In this document: in pieces, positions 50,006 through 50,800 of the stretch
How the letters are laid out: each line of letters starts with the position of its first letter
Numbering within the stretch: position 1 is the first letter of the stretch
Virus record (IMG/VR): IMGVR_UViG_2563366874_000012
Strand: one strand, 5' to 3'
Length of the DNA stretch: 50,800 nt
Source: a virus
Taxonomy: Duplodnaviria; Heunggongvirae; Uroviricota; Caudoviricetes
Notes under the pieces: generated by a model
Database searches by the model: none
What the model was told of the DNA's origin: nothing
Seen by the model: only the letters and a program-made list of their open reading frames with translations
Translations under genes and position numbers: made by a program

Positions 50006-50800
50006 TTATAGTAAAGATGATATGCCAGCAAGAAATGGAGTAAATACTGTAATGTGTGCAGATACATTATTAATAAAGTCCTTATATGCTTCTTTAAAAC
50101 AGCCGCTTTGGTGACTGGCTGCCAGTGCCTGTACATTATCTATAAGGTGTGATTCTGTCGCGCCATCAAAGTTTTTCGATTTTATTGCCTCAATCATTTC
50201 ATTAAATATTGTGGGCTCATTATAATTTGTCGTAGTAGTTGCCGTAGCACCTGAAGAATGTATATTGATACTAGAACCGGAAATTCCACTGACATGAATA
50301 TTAGCTTCTTGTTTCATAAGAGGTAAACCATTCTCCATCTTGTATAGGTCACTATCTTGTAGCATCTGCAATGTGATACGTACTGCTGCTAATAGTTGTT
50401 CTTGCTTTTTGAATAAGGAACACATCTGTTCTACAGACCAAAGCTGAACTGCATTTTCTTCGCATGTTTTTTTAGCTATATTTGGCACTTCCGAATCATA
50501 ATTACCATAAACCCAAGTGTCCTTGAATCTTTCGATAATAGCTGTCAACGTTGGAAATTTACTGAAATCACTATTAATGGATAGTAACTCATCAGACATA
50601 TAAAGTGCCATATCTCTGCCTTCCGCATATACTGCTTCCACTTTATTCCGTGTTGCAAATGGTATTCTTGAAATAAAACGAAAATCCTCTTCATTTTTTA
50701 AATGGACCCAGTCTTTATCAAAACGGCTAAATTCGTACCCTATCGATAACAGTCTACTTATATATTGGGCTACTGATTCCAAATCTTTTCTTATGTCCAA
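50006..50800 (-). CDS. AT-rich hypothetical protein, 5'-truncated by window edge
   Basis: ORF open to the window end (at least 264 codons); C-terminal hydrophobic tail HITVFTPFLAGISSLL; composition much more AT-rich than the phage structural genes. Confidence 0.45.
   Translation of the reverse strand: MDIRKDLESVAQYISRLLSIGYEFSRFDKDWVHLKNEEDFRFISRIPFATRNKVEAVYAEGRDMALYMSDELLSINSDFSKFPTLTAIIERFKDTWVYGNYDSEVPNIAKKTCEENAVQLWSVEQMCSLFKKQEQLLAAVRITLQMLQDSDLYKMENGLPLMKQEANIHVSGISGSSINIHSSGATATTTTNYNEPTIFNEMIEAIKSKNFDGATESHLIDNVQALAASHQSGCFKEAYKDFINNVSAHITVFTPFLAGISSLL

Noticed and set aside
1-50800. CRISPR arrays, tRNA or rRNA genes, and attL/attR core repeats
   Set aside because: No regularly spaced direct repeats, tRNA-like cloverleaf candidates or rRNA-like segments were seen on manual reading. 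The att sites cannot be identified without the sequence to the left of the integrase and a prophage-free comparator.

Overview
The window is almost entirely one lambdoid prophage of the Rac type in an Escherichia coli-like genome, running from the integrase stop codon at base 1 to at least the tail-fibre region near 49.5 kb. Nothing here was confirmed by database search; all calls rest on reading the translations, recalled family knowledge and manual inspection of the DNA. Gene order is: integrase/excisionase, ydaC-ralR-recT-recE-racC-ydaE-kilR, sieB, the racR/ydaS/ydaT immunity switch, replication genes ydaU and DnaC-like ydaV, a nin-like region ending in a Q-like antiterminator with a PR'/tR'-like promoter and terminator, a lysis cassette (holin, lambda-R-like endolysin, Rz/Rz1), trkG, a packaging and head module, and a lambda-like tail module (G/GT, tape measure, M, L, K, I, J, lom, side tail fibre plus a second fibre gene). 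The prophage looks defective for lysis and adsorption: IS2 sits inside the holin gene with a 5-bp target duplication, IS1 sits inside the side-tail-fibre gene with an 8-bp duplication, J carries two in-frame TAG codons 51 nt apart, and ydaF and a hok-family gene appear frameshifted or truncated. I did not identify a known defence system. The best candidates for something undescribed are cargo loci: an AT-rich membrane-protein moron between tR' and the holin with a convergent overlapping small ORF, an AT-rich island carrying a hok-like gene, a YeaR-like gene and an 840-bp non-coding stretch with long inverted repeats, and an AT-rich gene truncated at the right window edge. No CRISPR array, tRNA or rRNA gene was seen.
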